Below the pieces are notes generated by a model. The model was not told the origin of the DNA and made no database searches. It saw nothing but the letters and a program-made list of their open reading frames with translations. The position numbers and the translations under genes are program-made. This document shows, piece by piece, positions 27,563 to 46,342 of a stretch of 64,000 nt of DNA (the first letter of the stretch is position 1; every line of letters begins with the position of its first letter). Source of the DNA: Eledone cirrhosa (Eukaryota); assembly GCA_964016885.1 (NCBI GenBank), contig OZ024745.1:42594001-42658000 (forward strand), in the 5' to 3' direction.

Positions 27563-27869
27563 AATAAAAATAAAGGGAGTATATAAAAATAAAAATAAAG
27601 GGAGTATATAAAAATAAACTAAAAAAGATGCAGCCCTGTATACAGCATATAACTAATGTTACTCTCCTCTCTATATATGTAACTCTCTATAAATGGAACT
27701 CTCTATATATGTGTAACTCTCTATAGATGGAACTCTCTATATATGTAACTCTATATATGTAACTCTCTATATATATGTAACTCTCTATAGATGTAACTCT
27801 CTAATGACAATCTCTATCAAACGTCCTCTCTTTCTTCCCACTCTCCTTTCTACAACCTCTCTTGTACTC

Positions 27870-29665
27870 TTCTATCTCTCTCTTTCTTTCACTCTCCCTT
27901 TCTTTCACTCTCTCTTTCTTTCACTCTCTCTTTCTTTCACTCTCCCTTTCTTTCACTCTCTCTTTCTTTCACTCTCTCTTTCTTTCACACTTCCTTTCTT
28001 TCACTCTCCTTTTCTTTCACTCTCTTTTTCATTCACTCTTTCTTTCTTTCATTGTCCCTTTCTTTCACTCTCCCTTTCTTTCACCCTCTCTTTCTTTCAC
28101 TCTCTCTTTCTTTCACTCTCCCTTTCTTTCACTCTCCTTTTCTTTCACTCTCTCTTTCTTTCACTCTCCCTTTCTTTCACTCTCGCTTTCTTTCACTCTC
28201 TCTTTCTTTCTTTCACTCTCCCTTTCTTTCACTCTCTCTTTCTTTCACTCTCTCTTTCTTTCGCTCTGCCTTTCTATCACTCTCTCTTTCTTTCACTCTC
28301 CCTTTCTTTCACTCTCTCTTTCTTTCAGTCCCTCTTTCTTTCACTTTCTCTTTCACTCTCCCTTTCTTTCACTCTCTCTTTCTTTCACTCTCCCTTTCTT
28401 TCACCCTCTCTTTCTTTCACTCCCTCTTTCTTTCACTCTCTCTTTCTTTCACTCACTCTTTCTTTCACTTTCTCTTTCTTTCACTCTCCTTTCCTTTCAC
28501 TCTCTCTTTCTTTCACTCTCTCTTTCTTTCACCCTCTCTTTCTTTCACTCTCCCTTTCTTTCACTCTCCCTTTCTTTCACTCTCTCTTTCTTTCACTCTC
28601 TCTCTTTCTTTCACTCTCTCTTTCTTTCACTCTCCCTTTCTTTCACTCTCTCTTTCTTTCACTCTCTCTTTCTTTCACCCTCTCTTTCTTTCACTCTCCC
28701 TTTCTTTCACTCTCCCTTTCTTTCACTCTCTCTTTCTTTCACTCTCCCTTTCTTTCACTCTCTCTTTCTTTCACTCTCTCTCTTTCTTTCACCCTCTCTT
28801 TCTTTCACTCTCCCTTTCTTTCACCCTCTCTTTCTTTCACTCTCCCTTTCTTTCACTCTCCCTTTCTTTCACTCTCCCTTTCTTTCACTCTCTCTTTCTT
28901 TCGCTCTGCCTTTCTATCACTCTCTCTTTCTTTCACTCTCCCTTTCTTTCACTCTCTCTTTCTTTCAGTCCCTCTTTCTTTCACTCTCTCTTTCACTCTC
29001 CCTTTCTTTCACTCTCCCTTTCTTTCACTCTCCCTTTCTTTCACCCTCTCTTTCTTTCACTCCCTCTTTCTTTCATTCTCTCTTTCTTTCACTCACTCTT
29101 TCTTTCACTTTCTCTTTCTTTCACTCTCCTTTCCTTTCACTCTCTCTTTCTTTCACTCTCTCTTTCTTTCACCCTCTCTTTCTTTCACTCTGCCTTTCTT
29201 TCGCTCTCCCTTTCTTTCACTCTCTCTTTCTTTCACTCTCTCTCTTTCTTTCACTCTCTCTTTCTTTCACTCTCCCTTTCTTTCACTCTCTCTTTCTTTC
29301 ACTCTCTCTTTCTTTCACCCTCTCTTTCTTTCACTCTCCCTTTCTTTCACTCTCGCTTTCTTTCACTCTCCTTTTCTTTCACTCTCCCTTTCTTTCACTC
29401 TCTCTTTCTTTCACCCTCTCTTTCTTTCACTCTCCCTTTCTTTCACTCTCGCTTTCTTTCACTCTCCCTTTCTTTCACCCTCTCTTTCTTTCACTCTCCC
29501 TTTCTTTCACTCTCGCTTTCTTTCACTCTCCCTTTCTTTCACTCTCTCTTTCTTTCACTCTCCCTTTCTTTCACTCTCCCTTTCTTTCACTCTCTCTTTC
29601 TTTCACTCTCTCTTTCTTTCACTCTCTCTTTCTTTCACTCTCTCTTTCTTTCACTCCCTTTTCTA
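27870..29665. repeat. 16-bp polypyrimidine minisatellite (TTCACTCTCTCTTTCT), about 110 units
   Basis: Tandem units. It is the source of the 562-648 aa spurious ORFs. Confidence 0.97.
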
Positions 29666-29927
29666 TCTATCTATCTATCTATCTATCTTCTCTGTTTCTC
29701 CCTGTTTCTCTCCTCTCCCCTACCTCTCCGTTCTCTCTAACACTACATAGGAATACGTTTGTTTCCCTTTGCCTTTAATATAAAATCGGTTACAGCGACC
29801 AAGATGTGTTTGTCATATAGCTTGCCAGAGTATATTGACTTAGCACTTACAAACGTTCATCAAAGCCAGCTTTACGCCTCTTCCCTATCCTCCACTCGCG
29901 TTGTTCCAGCATCCACCGCAATCGCAA

Positions 29928-30756
<829 letters not shown>

Positions 30757-30899
30757 AGTGAGGCTAGCTTCCCCTTCTTCGTCTGCCACACCACTGTACT
30801 ATATCAACCAAGGGAGAAAACGAAACGACAACGACAATACCACCATCATCAGTAATAAGAATAACAATGACAACAGTAACAACAACAACAGTAATAAAT

Positions 30900-31515
30900 T
30901 TTTTTTTACTTTTGGCACAAGGCCAGTAATTATCCCAGTGCATTACTGGTACTTTATTTTATCGACCCCGTAAGGATGAAGGCAAAGGTGAGGGATTTGA
31001 ACTCATAACGGGGCGTAACTCTATGCTGCAAAGCATGGCGTCTGACCCTCTACTGATACTGCCAATCCACAGTAATAATTGTTTCTACTTTTGGCACAAG
31101 GCCAGCAATTACCCAGTACATTACTGGTACTTTATTTTATCGACCCCCTAAGGATGAAAGGCAAAGTTAACCTCGACGTAATAATGTTCACTGGAATGGA
31201 CCCCCGTCTGTTTCGACAATGAGTGTTCCAGTTGTTTGATCAGCGAGACAGCTTTCTCATAAATTTGACGTACAAATTACTAAGCATTCCATGGACACTC
31301 TAATAATGGTTTCTGATTTAGGCACAAGGTCGACAATTTTGGGGGAGGGGAAATCGATTAAATTGACCCCAGTACTGACTACTACTTTATTGATCCTAGA
31401 AGGCTGAAAAGCAAAGTTGACCTCGGTTGAATTTAAATTCAGAACTTAAAGAAACGTAACTATATACCACGAAACATTTTATCGGGCGCTCTAACGATTC
31501 TGCCAATTCACCCGA
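30900..31515 (-). mobile_element. SINE cluster (three copies)
   Basis: Consensus matches at about 30900-31070, 31075-31178 and 31305-31515. Confidence 0.8.
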
Positions 31516-31891
31516 CCATAATCTCACAAGAAGAGAGATATTTCGGGGAAATTCTTACCCTTAATTATTTTTTGGTTATTCCTAACTTCATTAACACCAA
31601 TGGCTAATAACCACTCATTCCATATATATATATCCTATAAAATTATCTATCGGGATAAGAGATGTTGTGTGCTTTAAAAGTTTTATGGTAGCACAAAGAT
31701 ATTCTTTCTGAGTATTTGTTTTGAATTGATTCTTTAGAAAAAACTTCCGAAACTTCCATGGTGAGAGATGTATAGTCACTTATTTGTTGTGAATAATGTA
31801 GATTTACATAGGATTTTTCATTTGGCATTATAAGATATTTTTTTTTTTTACAGTTGCTTAATGTGACAAGAGTGTAATGTGACAATATTAT

Positions 31892-32078
31892 GTGGATTGG
31901 CAGTATCGGTAGATGGTCGGACGCCATGCTTTGACGCATAGAGTTACGGCCATTTCCATTCTGAGTTCAAATCCCGCCAAGATTAACTTTGCCTTTCATC
32001 CTTCCGGGGTCGATAAAATAAAGTACCAGTAATGCACTGGGTAATTGCTAACCTTGTGTCAAAAGTAGAAACAATTAT
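31892..32078 (+). mobile_element. Near full-length tRNA-derived SINE
   Basis: GTGGATTGGCAGTATCGGTAG (A-box-like) ... GAGTTCAAATCCC (B-box-like) ... GTAGAAACAATTATT. Confidence 0.9.
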
Positions 32079-32565
32079 TTCTAGTTCGGTTTTTGAAATG
32101 AATAGATATGTTGATTAAAGCTTAACTTAAACGGGTTAACAATGAGACATATGTATGTATGCCTTGGAGAAATTAGCAGTTTGCGCATTGCAATGATAAA
32201 CTATGTACTTGGTTAAGCGGTTAGAATTGCGGATCAATTACTAGGGTTGGTGAAATTAGAGTTATTAGGTTTAAAGAATTCCTAGTTTGGTTAAATTTTG
32301 GTTCTGATAAGTAATGCGATAGTTTAGATGAAGTAAGTGTTGTATAATATTTTAACGGTTCTGATGTTAAAGATTCGATAATATTTATGTTGAGAAAGGA
32401 AGTCTCTTACGAGTAAGGTAAAGAAAATGTTAGCTTTAGAATATCTACTTCTAAGTTACAGGTGACTCGTCATATAAATATAATTATATATATATACGGA
32501 TGTGAGTATGTATTTGTATGTGTGGGTGGGGGGTATGTGTGTATTCATAACACTTCACGTCTTTT

Positions 32566-32621
<56 letters not shown>

Positions 32622-33135
32622 TACATACATATGCATATAAAGAATCAAAGTAATCACAGTTTCAATGAAGACCTTGTATATAATTGCCTGACAGTTTAAT
32701 ATCTGAAATCAATGGTTGGATTGCATTTATTCAGCTCGATTCAATCCAAACGATTCTGCTAGTCACTAAAAAAAACAACAACAACAGCAAAAACATTTTT
32801 AGTGCTGGAAACTAGATTCCTTTTTCCGAACACTTTATTAGATGTTGTTCTCGTCGTATTTATCCGTTTTCATAATTTAACCTTTTGCTGAGAGGGTTAA
32901 TAATACTTTTTAAATTCCAGAAAGTACTTTGAAAACGATTAACTCTTTGACTCTTTCACTACGGTAGACTGTTCTTGCATACGGGATATTAAACGTCTTT
33001 TTATTCCATGCCAAAAGCGGCAGTGAGAACGTTTCAGAATATTTCGTTCAAATAAGACATAAAAATTGCGTGAAAAAGATTCCTCTTACGAAATAGCTTA
33101 TTTTATATATTTATATATATATATATATGTGTGTG

Positions 33136-33241
<106 letters not shown>

Positions 33242-35399
33242 TGTCTGTGTATGTATGTGTGTGTATGTATCTGTTTGTGTACTTGAATAATATATGTGAG
33301 AAAACAGCTTAAAGTTTCCAAAGGTAGATCGTTGATACAAGTTCTTTCAGGCGTATACAATTTCTTTTATAGAGATGTTAGATATCTATTTACAGGTTCT
33401 TACAGAAATTTACTAGTATACACATGCATAGACATATACACACATACACAGACACGCCCACATACGTACATAAATTTAGAGATGTATATACACACACATA
33501 CGCAGACACGCTCACTCACAAATAACTATAGAGAAAAACGTAAGGAAGTTATCATGTTATCCGATACTTATGTTCTCTTTCAGAAGAAACGAGCGAAACG
33601 AAATTTGAACGCTTTCATATAGGAAGTTTTCAATTTGGCCAATTATGTCTATCTTAATATCATATCACCAAAGAAATGTCACTATTCTTTACATTCGACT
33701 ATCTTTAATCCTACCCCAGAAATATTCCAGTTTGTAAAAGTCATCTTTGAAATGAGCATATTGGAAAAGTTCTGAGTTTGTAGATCATTCGAAGTGGCCT
33801 TCCCCAAGAACTAAAATCACTATAATCTATATCATTCTCTTCATTGCTGTAAACTGCAACTAGACTTTTTCTTTTTTTAATCTATTTATCATTTTTTTTT
33901 TTTTTCCTTTTCTCATTCGTTTTCATTTCGTTGGTCGAAGTTTCCCATCAATGGAATGCTTAATATTCTACTTTCTCCGATCATGTGTAACGGACAATTA
34001 TATCAGTGTGTTTAGTCGAATGTAAAGAAAATTTTACTCTTTTGAATTAAAAAGATCCCACAGTAAAGAAATTCCTGAACAAATTACATTACTTATTACA
34101 AATCACGTACGTAGCTAATTCATTTGGAGAAGTGTTTTGAGCATCAGACGAGGCGACTGCTGCTGCTGTTGTGGCTGTTGCGCTCTGCTATGGCGACATA
34201 ATTGTAAAAGAGAAGATAATTTATATAAGTTTTATCGACATGCATCTGAGAACAAATTATGCACAATTTATTTCTCGCTTAGTTGATGATAATGAAAAGG
34301 AAGCAAAGGCAATAAAGTTGAGTATTTTATTGACCCCAGAAGGATGAAAGGTAAAGTTGCCCTCGGGCGGATTTGAACGTAAATACAACAAAACATTTTT
34401 CCGGCTCACGAAAGATTTTACCAATCCACGTACTTATAATATTAGTTTCTGTGCTAACTACAGGAGCCCACTAAATAAAGTACAAAATATTTTATATGAA
34501 AAAAAATAGACCATACTAGCGCCTAAATATGTTTACAGTTTATACAAAATGGGAAGGTAGTATCCGTAGTCATTGTTCAGGGTCTTGGAAAGTGGTGGAA
34601 AAACGAAAGGAGAGCTTAAACCAGAGGCCTGGCCTGAATGCTTGCAATAGAGAGGTTTCTGCTAAAGGCACCCAAGAGCCAGGTGGTACTGTTAAACTAG
34701 TCAACGTATTAAGTCTACTTAGTTAGTCTATAGTGGGATTTGTACTTAAAATGCTAAGAAATGGAATAGAAAATAGTAAGGCATCACGTCCTACGTTCTA
34801 ATAATCCAGCGTGTCATCAGCCCACGGCATACCGAGGTCTCCGCACAAAGACTATTACAAGCAGGCGGATTGTTTGACCAGGGAAATCAGCCACTTTCAC
34901 AAGAATTGAAAGAAGCGACGGAAACTGGGGCAATTTATATATATATATATATGCATGTATGTATGTATGTATGTATGTATGTATGTACCTGTGTATGTAT
35001 ATATGTATGCATGCATAATTCAAAAAAACTATATTTACATATATTTGCTTACATAGCTCCCCAAGACCACAGCCATCTTCTGCTCTAGGCCAAAACAAAA
35101 TATCGGTTCTCGTTTCTCACTGATATCCTACACTTTTTTGTTCCACCTTTCATATACTTAGCTTGAGGGAACCACTTCATTCTCAAGAGGTTGACAAAGA
35201 TGTCGTCGGAAAGGTAAAGCTTTTCCATCAGTCATTTTAAGTGCGTTCTTATACTACGTCTTTTGCCATAACTACTAGAAAATTAGCAGCCCCTCTTTTC
35301 CAAAAGCGGGCAGTAGAATTAACTTGACAATGGACTCAGACAACAACCGAATCTATTCTGCACGTGGTTAAAACTCTAATGAGGAAGTAAGCCAAAGTT

Positions 35400-35910
35400 A
35401 ACGACAACAATGGCTCAAAAGCTCTTGACTAAAAGCAGAAAAAAGTCTAACAGAAAAAAAATCTAACGCAATAGCAATGCGTAAGTACAAACAACTATAA
35501 GAAGAAAATAATGGAGAAAGAAGCTAATATCAAGTGTAGACTATGTAATCAGTAGAACGAGGCAATTGACTTTCCTGGCTGCTTGGTCTTTACAATGCTT
35601 GATTTTAACCTCAAACATGATCGAGTCGGCAGCCATGTCTACTGGATCGTATGGATACATTTTGACGCGAAACGGATACGAAGTTGTTTAAATATGTACC
35701 AAACATGATACATGACAACGTCTTGACTTTAAGCATCTGAACCATGCCGAATAAGACTGACTAGTCGATCAAAACAAATAAGTAGATCAAACGCTGGAAC
35801 GAGAATATTTTAACTGACAGACATTTTGATCTTCTGGTCAAAATATTGTCGAGAAGACATCGAGAAACTATCAAAACACAAGCATTTAAGTAAAAACAGT
35901 ACAGCTTTCA
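35400..35910 (+). mobile_element. Highly decayed R4/NeSL-like LINE fragment
   Basis: KCRLCNQ*NEAID at about 35532 and KHDRVGSHVYWI at about 35613 resemble the zinc knuckle/RHD motif of RLE elements. Confidence 0.55.
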
Positions 35911-36197
35911 GATTCAATCTATGAGAACTTACCTCTACATCACTAGCTCAATATTGATCATGTTAATATATTAATATATACATGTTGTTGTTGTTGTTTA
36001 GCGCTGTATCAAATCTAGCCGTGACCAGAGCATCCTGTCTTTGAGAGAGTTGGTTTTTATATCAATCTTATCTAACGCAGTGTTCTCGTATTCATTTGTA
36101 CGGTAAGGTGTCTGGACAATTGGACTGACTTCAGCATTATTGACTTGACTATAGTTGGATTCGAAGCCAGGACAATTATACGTTTATATTGCTAAAA

Positions 36198-36234
36198 ACT
36201 ACTACTACTCTTTCTGCTGCTGCTGCTGCTGCTG

Positions 36235-36286
<52 letters not shown>

Positions 36287-36409
36287 AACTACTACTACTA
36301 CTGTTGCTGTTGCTGCTGCTGCTACTACTGCTACTACTACTACTTCTACTACTACTACTACTGTTGTTGCTGCTACTACTACTGCTGCTGCTACTACTAC
36401 TGCTGCTGA

Positions 36410-36446
<37 letters not shown>

Positions 36447-36745
36447 ACTACTACTACTGCTGCTGCTGCTGTTGCTGTTGCTGTTGTTGCTACTACTACT
36501 ACTGCTGCTGCTACTACTACTACTGCTGCTGCTGCTACTACTACAGCTGCTGCTACTACTACTACTACTACCACCATCACCACCCCTACTACTACCATCA
36601 CCAATTACCACCACCACCACCACCACCACCACCACTACTACCACCACCACGTTCCACCACCACCACCACCACCACCACCACTACTACCACCACCACGTTC
36701 CACCACCACCACCACCACCACCACCACCACCATCACTACTACAAT
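36198..36745. repeat. (CTA/CTG/CCA)n compound microsatellite
   Basis: Direct inspection. Confidence 0.95.
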
Positions 36746-37296
36746 ACTACTCAGAGTTGAGGTGATATTTCAAGTGTTTATAGTAATTATGATGATGATA
36801 TTAGTAGACATATTGAAAATGACGATGGTCGCAGTATTTGTGATAGTGATAGTGGTGACGGCGGCGGCGGTGACGGTGGCGGGGCAGCATTTGCTGTAAC
36901 AGCTGTTACAATCATTTTACGACAAGATAAGCACAATGTCAACTGCATCCCGGCGATACTGTTTGTCTGGCCTTCTTTTTTTTTTATGGATGTGGAATTG
37001 GTTTGGTTAAGAATAATCTAAACCAAACAACAGTGGTTATACCAATTTATATGTTGGTGATTATGACAAAAGAGAACAACAACAAAAATAAATAAGCGTT
37101 ATGATGGTGTATTGAAGTGTATTGAACCAATATTTACTATAATATATATAACACCTTCCATAGAAATATATATAACAGCAATAGCAACAACAACGGCTAC
37201 TACTAATGTATGAATAGTTCTATATGAAGGACAACAATAAAACATAAAAGCAGCCACAACAATAACAATTATCACATCTACAGTAGAACGTTAATT

Positions 37297-39350
<2,054 letters not shown>

Positions 39351-40151
39351 TTATCCATCGTACTTGTATCGTCCCCAAAATATTAGTACAAGAGGACACG
39401 TTCTATTAAATCTATTTGAATACTTGATTAGCCCCATATAAGACAAGACAAAATCTGTTAGATGTACCTAAGTATTTGGCTAATTCCATAAATATTAGTA
39501 GGGGACATGGTCTATTAAACTAATTTGATTGTTATTTTTGTGATGGTGTCCCTGGAAAATTTACCTTAATCATTATGATGATTTCTCATGCCTACTCATG
39601 TATCTGCAGCAAAGGTACATGTTCTAGTGCATTTGTTGCTACTTCTCAACCTGAGCAACACCGGGTATTCTGCTACATATATATATATAGGCGTGTGTGA
39701 CTATTGGTACGTGTAAAAGTGCCAGTATACATACATTCATAAATATACTGAAGCGTAACATACATGGTGATTGTTTCATCCTTTGTTAGATGAAATACGT
39801 CTCAACATCACCTCAATCGTTCCTGCCAGTCTACAACCTCCTAGTGGAAGGAAGTGACTTTTCAATGCAGCAGCAAAAGGTAAGTCCAAACCCCCTCCCT
39901 TCCACACTGACAACACTCCAGCATAGGTTTGTTGAGAACCGTTACTGCTCCCGTCTATAATACATCTTCTGTGTGACACCCAATAACTGCAGCAGTGTCT
40001 ATATGGTGCCATGATTTCACAGTCCTTACCTGCATTGGCTGGAGAGGTACAATGACAGATGAGAAGATGACAAAAAAGACATCTTTACATCATGGAATAT
40101 GGAGACAAACGCTTCTACAATACGAACATCACTCTCTGAGTATCAGTGATT

Positions 40152-40336
40152 ATTGGCAGTATCGGTAAAGCGTCGGACGCCATGTTTTGTAGCATAGATT
40201 TACGCCCCATTATAATCTAAGTTCAAATCCCGCCGAGGTTAACTTTGCCTGTCATCCTTACGGGGTCGATAAAATAAAGTACCAGTAATACACTGGTGTA
40301 ATTGCTGGCCCTGTGCCAAAAGTAGAAACAATTATT
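40152..40336 (+). mobile_element. tRNA-derived SINE
   Basis: Consensus match. Confidence 0.85.
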
Positions 40337-41124
40337 ATCTGATGACAAGCATCAGCAAGATTATTTTTAGTAACCACGTAAACTACAGATTTCATTTCAG
40401 AGTTTACCTCTTGGAAGAATGCTGTAACAACTCGGGGTCCTTCACTCCCAGGAAACTTACTGTGGGCCGCCGTGACACCAACCAGGGAGATTTCTAAGTC
40501 CTTGTGCACAAATGGTTTGTCATTATTGTTTCTACTTTAGGCACAAGGCCAGCAATTACCTAGTTCATTACTGGTACTTTATTTTATCGACCCCGTTTAT
40601 CATAATTACGTCTAAAGAGTACCATCTATCGTTCTTTCTGACAGGTTGACACCCAGTCTAACGAGTTCTGACGAGATCTGACGAGATCTGTCTACCTGGA
40701 GCTACTGGCTTAATGATACCAGTAACTCGCCTTTGCCTCTTCTCCTTGTCAGGTACAAACGTTTCCACTACGGGTAAGCTAGAAGGTGGGCTCCGGTTGT
40801 TAGAGGTCACATGAGAGGCAAGCCGTTTGGGGTATTTTAGTAGAGAGTAGATTCTCAGACCTATTTCCACCCTAGCAATAATTACCTTAGGAGATACATA
40901 ACATATATACGTACACACATACATACATGCATGCATATATGCATACATAAATAGATACATACATATATACATACATACATGATGATGGCTGCCCCCTCGT
41001 TATCGAGTATGGCCATTGCACGATATACCATTATAAATAATTACTAATTATTAATTAATTAATAATTATTAATTAATTAATAATTATTAATTAATTCTAT
41101 GTATATTAATATATACATACATAC

Positions 41125-41533
41125 ATGGCCGCTGCCAACTCGATTTCGAGTACGGCCACTACTTTAGATCCATGTAGGAGAACCCCTACCAATGCACTGA
41201 ACGAGAGTGACTTTTTAATCCAGCCAGCGACTTGAAAACTCTGGTACAAACACTACACTTGTGACAATTATTGACACATAGTGCTGGGCCCATGGTACCA
41301 TGTGACGACAAGTGCAGAGAGATCTCTAGATATAAAGCAATGCCTGTGCCGTGAAGCTTTTATAGTGAGCAAAGGCACTGCACAAAGCCAGTCCTACTCT
41401 CTTAACCAAGATGATATTTACCAAAAAGAAGAACAAGTCAACATCATTGGATACCATCAGGGTTGCAGGTGTTATATCAGACTTTTCCTTCTCCTAGAAT
41501 TCTGCCTTGACAAAGACTAAGGGGTCATCTCTC
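41125..41533 (-). mobile_element. Second copy of the 13010-13600 element
   Basis: Colinear high similarity over about 400 bp, followed by (CATA)n. Confidence 0.8.
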
Positions 41534-41567
41534 CATACATACATACATACATACATACATACATACA

Positions 41568-41598
<31 letters not shown>

Positions 41599-41937
41599 GT
41601 TCATATAAACATAACATAAAATACATGCACAAATATATACATACATACATACATACATACATACATACATACATACATACATACATACATACATACATAC
41701 ATACATACATACATACATAGACAAACAGACAGACATACAAAAAGACACACATATCTATAAGTATCTGTGTACATCTATGTTAATTGTCGACTTGCTGCTA
41801 CATTTGTTCATTTATTTTCTACCTTTTATTGTTTACCTTTTCTTTCTTACCCTCAATCTCTCCTGCTATCTATTTCACTTTCCTTCTCTTATTATTTCAC
41901 AAACTTCATATATTCATAATCTAACACTCTGTCTTTC

Positions 41938-42007
<70 letters not shown>

Positions 42008-42185
42008 TCTCTCTGATTTCTTCTCCTCCTCCTCCTCCATCTTCTCTTTCTCTTTTCTTTCTCCTATCTCTTCTCTCCCTTTTCTTCACCTCCTCTCATC
42101 TATTTATCTCTCTTTGCTTTCTCCTCGGCCTCCTCTCTTTTCTCTCACGTTTTGCTTCTTCCTCCCATCTCTCTCTCCTTCTTTC

Positions 42186-42245
<60 letters not shown>

Positions 42246-42837
42246 TATCTCACTCACTCACTCACTCACTCACTCACTCTCTCACTCACTCACTCACTCA
42301 CGTTTGTCTGCCCAATTTCTCCATTTTCACTCCTCCACTATCTTCTTTTGTCTTATTCTTTAGCGTCATTTGCCCAGGGCCAGCATCTTGAAATCTATTG
42401 TTCGTTCTATACAGTTCTTGTAGGATATTGTACCTTATGTAGCACTTCCGTTTCTCTACTAGCTATAACGAGACCTGGCGTTTGACTGAACACGTTGTTA
42501 AGTGGATTGATTCAGTAACGGCCCTCAAACATTTAACACCTCCAGGCGTTATGTTTGCTCCTCAGTCAAACAACCAGCGCTGTAAAGCTTGCGAGGATTT
42601 GTGATGCTCGCTTCCCAAAACAAATCGCTTGTTGGTCTCGCAGAGCGCTTCCCATTCTAGACAAACACACCGCATCCTGTTTGCCGCAAATCTCTTACAT
42701 TCAATAGATTGACCTTCCTACTTGCAACCCACGAATTCTAAGAAAAGCAGTTCCGATCAAGGAGGAGGGTAGATATCCTGTCCTAGTTACGTTCTAAAAA
42801 AAAAAAAAGCAACTAGAAAAAGAATAATTTTGTTGAA

Positions 42838-42879
42838 GGTGATGGTAATGATGATGGAGAGGGCGACAACGACGACGAC

Positions 42880-42936
<57 letters not shown>

Positions 42937-42956
42937 AATAAAAATAATAATAATAA

Positions 42957-42987
<31 letters not shown>

Positions 42988-43071
42988 AAGAAGAAGAAGA
43001 AGAAGAAGAAGAAGAAGAAGAAAAAGAAGAAGAAGAAGAAGAAGAAGAAGAAGAAGAAGAAGAAGAAGAAG

Positions 43072-43135
<64 letters not shown>

Positions 43136-43312
43136 GCAACAGCAACAACAACAACAACAGCAACAACAACAACAACAGCAACAACAACAACAACAACAAC
43201 AGCAACAACAACAGCAACAACAACAACAACAACATCATCATCATCATCAACATCATCGACAACAGCAACAACAACAACAACAGCAACAACAACAACAGCA
43301 GCAACAATTACA
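42838..43312. repeat. (GAT)n-(AAT)n-(AAG)n-(AAC)n compound microsatellite
   Basis: Direct inspection. Confidence 0.95.
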
Positions 43313-43889
43313 ACAAACCTTAATGATTGTTACAATTGCAGATGTATATACAAACACACACACGCACACACACGCGCGCGCACGCACGCGCACACACACA
43401 CGCGCGCACACACACGCGTAACAAACCCATATATGAAAACTCAATACATACACACGTGCAATACACACGCACACACACACGCACACATACACACACGCAT
43501 ACACACACACGCATACACACACACACACACAGAGTTTATATACATATTCATTAAATCTAACGGATACACAACGCTAAATACACATGGACACACAGACGGT
43601 GCAAATGCATGTACATATACACACACACACACAATACACATACATACAAAATAATCACAATCACATAGAGACAAGAGTAAACGGGCAAATACACTCACAC
43701 GTACGCACCCATACAGAGAGAGAATCACACATTCAAATATACATACACACTTACACATACATATACATAGGCACACATCTTGATATATACACAAGAAAAC
43801 GTACTTCAGAAGCACATGCAAATACACACAGACACGCGCGTGTGTACACATATACATATACACACACATATACACACACAAGCACATAT

Positions 43890-43975
43890 GCATATATATA
43901 TATATATATGTGTGTGTGTATACATATATATATATATATATGTATGTATATATATAGATATATACATAGATATAC

Positions 43976-44006
<31 letters not shown>

Positions 44007-44133
44007 TATATATACACATATATACATATATATACATATATATATACATACATATATATATATATATGTGTGTGTATACATATATATATATATATATGTA
44101 TGTATGTATATATATATATATACATAGATATAC

Positions 44134-44164
<31 letters not shown>

Positions 44165-44193
44165 TATACATACACATATATACATATATATAC

Positions 44194-44260
<67 letters not shown>

Positions 44261-44371
44261 TATACATATATATATATATACATACATACATATATATATA
44301 CATACATATATATATACATATATATATATATATACATACATATATATATATATGCACACACAGCATATATG

Positions 44372-44463
<92 letters not shown>

Positions 44464-44878
44464 AAAGGACGTGTGCTTCATAAGCACATGCAAATACACA
44501 CACACAAAACACACACACACACACGCATACTCACGCACACACACCTATACATGCATGCACAATCATTAACATATAGGTATACACGGACACAAAGCCATAA
44601 TACACACATGGACATAAACACATACACAGACTCACATGCAGATATATAAGGAAGAAAGCGTGCTTTACACACACACACACACACACGCAGACATATATGC
44701 AGAATCACTTACATTTTGATGTATGCACGCACACAAAGCTATAATCCAAAGATACATTACAAATCGACATTTCTATCTCTGTTTGCTTTGTCTGAAGACC
44801 TTTTCTCTTCCTTTCCACTTTTATTGAAAGAGTCGAGGAGCTACAAAGCTAATTTACTTTTTATGGTTTGTATATGTA

Positions 44879-44957
<79 letters not shown>

Positions 44958-45146
44958 GTATATATGTATATATATATATATATATATAGACACATATATA
45001 ACTTACATAAATACATACACACACATATATATATATATACATATATAAATATTTATATATATACCCATACATATATATAAATAAATATGTATATATATAT
45101 ATATATATACTTATATATATATACATATACATATATATATATATAT

Positions 45147-45235
<89 letters not shown>
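43890..45235. repeat. Long (TA)n/(TACA)n low-complexity tracts
   Basis: Direct inspection. Confidence 0.9.
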
Positions 45236-45676
45236 TATTTATATTTATGTTTCTCTATATTTTCATTTTTTTCCCTTCTTATTTGGTTTTTATACCAGTT
45301 ATATTTTATTATATGTTATACTATATTACTATATATATATATGTGTGTGTGTGTTTTTGTATATATATATTTTTTTACCTTGCATAAAACTGAAGTGTGT
45401 TGACCAAACTTCTATCAAAACCAACAAGCTCTCCTCAACAGAATAATTCTGTGTTCAAATATATCATCAGTATTACCACAGCCAAGCCAACACAGGACTC
45501 TTGTTTGCAGCCAGCAAGTCAGATTTCCCTTCCGTTTTCTAATTCATTTTATTTTATCTATTTTTGTGTTGCCTTTCTTTCTTTCTTGTTACTCGCAATT
45601 CATTTCTGTTGTATTATTTGCTGATTTTGTTGTTGCAATTGATGTTGATATTGTTGTTGCTACTGCTGCTGCTGCT

Positions 45677-45707
<31 letters not shown>

Positions 45708-45899
45708 ATGATTCAGTTGGTGCTAATGCTAAGGTTTAAAGAATTCGCTAGAGACAATCAAGAGAATAGTATTATATCTTATATGAGTTTTGATTGAGTA
45801 AATCGAACTGTCTTAATATTATATGATAAATCTAAAATACTTGGCCCAATAAAGATAAACAGTTTGCAAACACATGAGTGCACATACGCGTAAGCCGTC

Positions 45900-45932
<33 letters not shown>

Positions 45933-45943
45933 TGTGTGTGTGT

Positions 45944-46010
<67 letters not shown>

Positions 46011-46028
46011 TATAAATATATAAATATG

Positions 46029-46098
<70 letters not shown>

Positions 46099-46255
46099 AT
46101 ATATGTATGTATGTATGTATGTATATACCTATATATATATTTATAATAAATTGTGAATAGTAACAGTAAGTATTGGTATAAACAATGTATACATTCTTAA
46201 CAGTGTATGCAAATATATCATGTCAGAACATATAGAAGATAGGTAATATGTCTGC

Positions 46256-46339
<84 letters not shown>

Positions 46340-46342
<3 letters not shown>

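Noticed and set aside
31892-31980. tRNA gene (A/B box-like motifs, also at other SINE heads)
   Set aside because: No cloverleaf; these are SINE heads.
43253-45446. YIYI/HTHT/CVCV ORFs (and similar ones throughout)
   Set aside because: Dinucleotide and tetranucleotide microsatellite translations.
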